Shown piece by piece: positions 59,798 through 64,000 of a stretch of DNA of 64,000 bases (positions are counted from its first letter, which is position 1; each line of letters opens with the position of its first letter). The notes below the pieces were generated by a model. The model worked only from the letters and a program-made list of their open reading frames with translations. It did no database searches and had not been told where the DNA came from. This stretch comes from Blastocladiella emersonii ATCC 22665 (lineage: Eukaryota > Fungi > Blastocladiomycota). The stretch is taken from NCBI GenBank assembly GCA_025594325.1, contig JANHCV010000006.1, positions 1,426,001 through 1,490,000 on the forward strand, given 5' to 3'. Position numbers and translations under genes: made by a program.

Positions 59798-62700
59798 ATG
59801 ATTCATATGCTCGAAGCAGAGCATATGGCTGGGCTTGTCCTGTTCCCGCTTCATCTCAGTCCAAGTCTCCCACGATCTTTCGCGTTTGCACCGGACGGGG
59901 ACCCAGCGCCGCCCAGCGCAGCCTGCAGCGCGTCAAAAGTCGTGGAGCAAAATGAAAAGGTTTTTAACCACTACATGCACTACGCAGCTGATGTAATGCA
60001 TCCGATCACGGCGAAACCAGCATCCAGCACCGAATCCATCGCTCGCGCACCCTCGTTGCCACATCATGTGGAAGTCGCGACCACCACGAGCGCCCCGGTG
60101 CCGTCTCAAGAACTCGCGACGGGGGCCTCGGCGGCGGCAGGTGACTCGCAGGATCCAGCCTGCACATCGCACTCTCCTTCGGTTGCCAACGGCGGCACCA
60201 TGCTCGTTCATCAGGATCTTGCACCCTTCGGCAGTCTGGCTACATCTTCCGCCAACTCTTCGTACCATGAACTAGACGATCAGGAGCTTTGGTCGGCGCT
60301 GACGGCGCAAGATCGGGGCACACGGGCTAGCGCCGCGCTGAACTCGGACACTTCCTGGCGGACGGCACGGAGCTCGTTTGGCGGGTCCGCGTCGGGCCGG
60401 TTCCGCAGTGTTCTGGCCACGCTCAACTCGTCGCTTCATAAACTCGCCGAGCTCGCCGAGAACGCGGCGCACTCGCGTATCGCTCACTACGCAGACCTCG
60501 TGGAAGACGCGCGGCTTGTCGTAAGCGACGATAACGACGTGGCCAGCGTATCCGACGAGTCGCTTGATTCCGAGGAATCTTCCTCAGCCGGCGGCGTGTC
60601 GTCCCGGCCGGCCTCGTCCCTGTCGCTGGACATGGGCGGCGACCGTCAACCTGACGCGCTCCTCGATGCTGGGCCAGCACCGCCAGCTGAGCTTGCTCCA
60701 CCGTTATCTTCGGGTGCAGCTGAGGCCGCCGTGCCTCTGCGGCCGGGTACCGGGCCGGATCTGATCACCCCACCGCCCGCTCCTTCATCGCCGAGTACTG
60801 CTCAAACTCTACGACGCGGTGGCGACGACGAAAGAGACAATGTGCTTGTCCGTACGGTTCTCGGTTCCGCCGCGCGCATCTTCACCAGCAAGTCGACGCG
60901 GCTCGTCTCGTTTCGCACGTTGCGGTTCACGAGCAGGTCGATCGAGGCCAAGTTCCACGAGCATCACGTCCGCTCTTCTTCGGCGCCGATCATGATCCTC
61001 AGCGTACGTTCTTCCGATGCTTTATTCGAGACTCGCAATGACTGACACCGTTTGTGCCCGCCACCGCCAGGTTTGTCTCATTCTGCTGATTTTCGCTCGC
61101 GCGGGACTCTCGTGGTACACGCACCTCAAGTACAGCTGTGCCATGGCCGACTGCCCAACGTCCCTCTACGGCGACTGTGCCTCATGTCAGACCATTGTCA
61201 CTGTCGCGTATGTCGGGATCGGCGTGCTCGCTCTCGCCGCGCTCGGGCTTACCCTGACGCTCCGTGCCGCGCCCATTGCTTCACGGCGCTTGCTCTTTAT
61301 TATCGTGGCGATCTTGTGCTTTGGCGCAGAGATCATGGCCCTGACCTGCCCGGGCTACTGCCATACGAGCAACGGCGACTCGCTCTTCCGCCGCCACAAC
61401 AGCTTCGCTCAGGCGTGCCCTGGATCCGCTGCCGCGGCCAGCATCGACGCCCTCGTGCACTACTGGTCGACGCAGATCAGCGTGTCCGTGTACGTGGTCC
61501 TCGCCGCCTCGACACTCCGCTTCTGGACCGCCTTCCGCGCAGCCGTGCTTGGGATCGCGCTCGTGTTCCTCCTCGGGTCGATTGTCGACAGCAGCGCCGC
61601 GTCCTGGGTGTGGCTGCTCGGGTTCAACTTCGCCGACGACGCCCTCAAGTCGCTCTTTGGCCTGTACCAGCGCGAGCTGCTGTCCCGCGCGACTTTCTAC
61701 CATAACGTCCGCCAGGCCGCCACCACGCACGCGCAGCTCCGCGCCGCGGCCACCATTGCACCGTGTAGTCCGCGCATCGCACGGCTACTGCAACAGGTAG
61801 CACCCCGGCGTTCGCCGCGTCCGCCCGGACCGAAGCGTCGATGATGCTGCTCCACCAGCACTCGCACGCGACCAGCCGGGCTAGCACCAACGGCACACCG
61901 ACCGCGGTCGTGGCCACGGCGACAACGACTCAGCCGTATCCCATCGCGGACACCGTGACCGCGGGAGTCGCTCTACCCGCCGTGACGACTCGGGTCCACC
62001 TGTCGCGGCTGCCGAGCGAGGACGAGGTGCCGGCCAGCTCACAGCACCTCCCGATCGTCATCAACCACCCCGCCGCCGTAACGCCAGCTCGGCTCGGCGT
62101 CGCCTCCGACTCGGGCGGCGTCATCCGCGTGTCGATGGTCAACCTCGGCGACCTCCTGACGCTGCCGCGGGCCGTGCACGCGTCCTTGCTCTCCCTAAAC
62201 CACTCGAACGCGGCGGGCGGCATCAGACGCGACGACCATCCAGCGGCAGTCGTCGCGGGCCTGTCATCAACCTCGACCAGCGCGCTGCACCAGCCCAAGC
62301 TCAAGGTTTCGGTCGGTGCGTTCGAGGGCGGCACGCGGTACGCGGTCACCACGCTCGGGAAGTCGAGCGGGACCGACGATGACGATCGTCCCTTCTCGCC
62401 CTCGTTTTCCGACATGCCGCGCCTGATTCTCGCGGCGACGACGCGGGATGCGGCGGACCGCGAGTCGATCAGCAACGAGGCGCCCGGGATGGAGACGCTG
62501 CAGCCGCCGCGCCCGCACTCGCCAGAACTGCATGCAACCGCGGCCTCGGATGGAACGGCGGCCACATCCACGACCAACGAGACGAACTCGATCAGCGATA
62601 CCGCGTCGTCTACCAGCACCAACGCCAGTATCCGGACGGGTACGAGCAGCGGCACCGGCAGCGCGGCCAGCAGTCTCGCGGCGCTCGGCGTGAGTGCGCC

Positions 62701-63817
62701 CGTCATTCCACAGCCGCCGCGGCCGCGCCCCTCGACCGAGTCGGGCGTCCTCCCGCCGCATCGCCCGCTGCACAACACGTGGCGGTACAAGGCGCAGCGG
62801 GCCGAGTACGTGGGCGGCGGCAACGTGCGCGATTCGGTGGTGATCACGTCGTCCATATTGCCCGCGCTCGAGCCCATGGGCCTCGACGCGGCGCTGCGTC
62901 CCGACGAAGAGCACAGCGCGTCGAGCAGCTCGATGCAGGGCGCGCCGAGCGGGAAGGCAGCAGCAGATGCGGCGCGGCGCCAGTCGCGCGGTACCACTGC
63001 ATCGTCGGCGTCGCGGCGCAGCACGTGGTACCGGAGGCTGCGGCGCGCGCTGCACCGGCTCCGCACCGAGTTCTTTTACCGGTTCCCCGACCCGGCCGAG
63101 GAGGAGCGGTACCTCGCGTACTACTACGCGAAGCTCAAGATACGAATGCAGGTCACGGCGGTGGCGGGGATCCTGACGCAGCTCCTCATCGCCCTGTTCC
63201 TCAAGCTCTCGCGCGCGGGTCGCGATGCGGTCAACGACGCCGAAGCTGACGAGCTGCACCCGCTGGGCGGCGGCATGTTCGCGTGGCTCGAGCCGTTTCG
63301 GCCTATCCTGCTCCAGTGGTGGTTCCCGTACGCGCAGCACATCCTCGCGTACCTCCTGCAGCTCGCGGTCGCACGGTCCCGGTCGGCGTGGTTCACGGGC
63401 GCGAACCTCGAGTGGTACGCGGTGGGCCACTGCATCGTGTTCGTCGCGGGCGTCGTGACCGTAGACATACAGGTCCGCGTCATTACCAGCAACTACGTGC
63501 TGGTGCAGTCGGCGTGCCATCAAGTCCTCGCCACGGTGCTGGGGATCGCTACGCTCAGGCTCCGGCCCCGCGCACACGCGACCGTGCTGGCGGCATTCAT
63601 CCTGCTGGTAGTGGCCGAGTACGCGCTGCTCCTTGCCAACGGCGCGGCCACCGACACGCTAGCCAAGATCGTGATCGCGTCGTCGACGTCGCTCATCAGC
63701 CTCGTGCTCAGCGTCTACTTTGAGCTGGCCAACCGGCGGTACTTTGTGATCAAGTCGCACGTCCAGCGGACGTCGACGTTGCGCCGGCGCCGTGACCCTT
63801 CGTCGGCCTTCCACTGA
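59798..63817 (+). CDS. Cyclase-less 12-TM adenylyl-cyclase-anchor protein, paralog C; the second intron's donor region is deleted (split gene, pseudogene or cryptic splice)
   Basis: Intron 61004-61070 is normal. After QLRAAAT the sequence runs straight into an acceptor (GTGTAG, 61763-61768) and the coding frame changes. Both halves are otherwise open. Confidence 0.7.
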
Positions 63818-64000
63818 TACTACATCCGATTCCATTCACCACCTTCACATTGGCGATATCAATGCGCAGAGTGGCACGGTGCGAAAGTGCCACGTCGCCG
63901 CCAACATCGGGAGCGGAGAGCGGCGTGACCGACAGTCAGCGCGGCGAGAACGACGCGTCACCGCCGCCGCCACGCCGGTCGCCGACCCGCCCGTCTTGCA

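Overview
This is eukaryotic, very GC-rich genomic DNA with many short introns (mostly 55-75 nt, GTACG/GTGCG...CTRAC...YAG), so the supplied ORF track mostly shows single exons and GC-driven shadow ORFs. I rebuilt gene models by hand from splice signals and protein motifs; coordinates were read by eye and may be off by a few bases. An MKS1 ciliary transition-zone gene plus fungal-type genes (LAMMER kinase, Sld7-like, PTS1-bearing BioF, NodB-like protein) point to a flagellated, probably zoosporic fungus (inference). I support about 20 genes or gene fragments and saw no rRNA, tRNA, CRISPR array or intact transposon. Main candidates for new biology: (1) three paralogous 12-TM proteins that keep both membrane anchors of transmembrane class III adenylyl cyclases but lack both catalytic domains; (2) a fibro-slime/PA14 + Ig-like single-pass protein ending in an integrin-beta-like double NPxF/NPxY tail; (3) a tandem pair of Gag-capsid/zinc-knuckle-like host genes without pol, one with a single in-frame TGA; (4) a zone of broken and chimeric genes at about 30.3-38.9 kb. 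No database search was possible, so family calls rest on remembered motifs.
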